A stretch of 40,310 nt of DNA, taken from a virus. The translations under genes and the position numbers were made by a program. Positions 40,284 through 40,310 of this stretch are shown here, piece after piece (the stretch's first letter is position 1; the number at the start of each line of letters is the position of its first letter). The notes beneath the pieces are model-generated. The model saw nothing but the letters and a program-made list of their open reading frames with translations. It did not search any database and was not told the origin of the DNA. The stretch spans positions 1 to 40,310 of the IMG/VR virus record IMGVR_UViG_3300043496_000020; one strand, 5' to 3'.

Positions 40284-40310
40284 CGCTCGATCGCAAGGAA
40301 TGGTCGCGCA
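40184..40310. repeat. Terminal direct repeat, copy 2 of 2 (identical to 1..127)
   Basis: Exact 127-nt identity with the window start, read by eye. Confidence 0.95.

Noticed and set aside
1-40310. I looked for CRISPR repeats, tRNA/tmRNA genes, a reverse transcriptase/DGR (template and variable repeat pair near the fibres), integrase/attP, transposase/IS ends and toxin-antitoxin pairs
   Set aside because: No regularly spaced repeat-spacer array, no RT motif (YxDD), no tyrosine or serine recombinase motif and no IS-type terminal inverted repeats were seen. Absence is judged by eye only and should be confirmed with tRNAscan-SE, Infernal, myDGR and HMM searches.

Overview
The window looks like a complete tailed dsDNA phage genome on one end-overlapping contig. 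GC content is high but was not computed. The first and last 127 nt are identical, so the unique sequence is 40183 bp and is circular or circularly permuted. Coding is dense, mostly on the + strand, and many genes are coupled by ATGA/GTGA/TGATG stop-start overlaps.

Inferred modules:
1. An early rightward operon runs from 38283 across the junction to 788. It encodes small acidic or unknown proteins, a DUF932-family protein and two tiny membrane peptides, and it ends at a strong intrinsic terminator (822-855).
2. A late operon spans 874-25628. In order it holds terL, a podovirus-type portal, a small-gene island, scaffold, major capsid plus terminator, adaptor/nozzle proteins, a GNAT-like protein, internal/ejection proteins (including an M15-type peptidase and a lytic transglycosylase), two tail fibres with S74-type C-terminal chaperone domains (one collagen-like), and a cassette of small membrane proteins.
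3. A replication operon spans 26041-36570: RusA, SNF2 helicase, DUF2800 Cas4-like nuclease, DUF2815 SSB-like protein, a minimal N6-adenine methyltransferase, family A DNA polymerase, Prim-Pol/helicase and terS.
4. A leftward five-gene operon (38193-37070) is headed by a Cro/CI-type HTH protein.

I found no tRNA, rRNA, CRISPR array, reverse transcriptase, integrase or transposase.

Most interesting observations:
- Three candidate immune-signal sponge genes (one DUF2829/Tad2-like, two Acb2/Tad1-hairpin-like paralogues) sit between the portal and scaffold genes.
- A repeated operator, TGTTGCC-N3-GGCAACG, occurs at four places and ties the HTH gene to the replication module, terS and an orphan non-coding region.
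- A 140-bp array of helically phased CCGAAA repeats with nested inverted repeats lies just upstream of terS.
- A 500-bp gene-free region carries its own promoter/operator, terminators, two perfect palindromes and a G-tract block.
- Two different cell-wall hydrolases share a C-terminal module.
- The portal protein has large Pro/Gly/Met-rich low-complexity inserts.
- A 2-nt CT indel breaks the DUF932 reading frame exactly at the contig junction.

All family assignments come from motif recognition by eye and need profile or structure searches to confirm.
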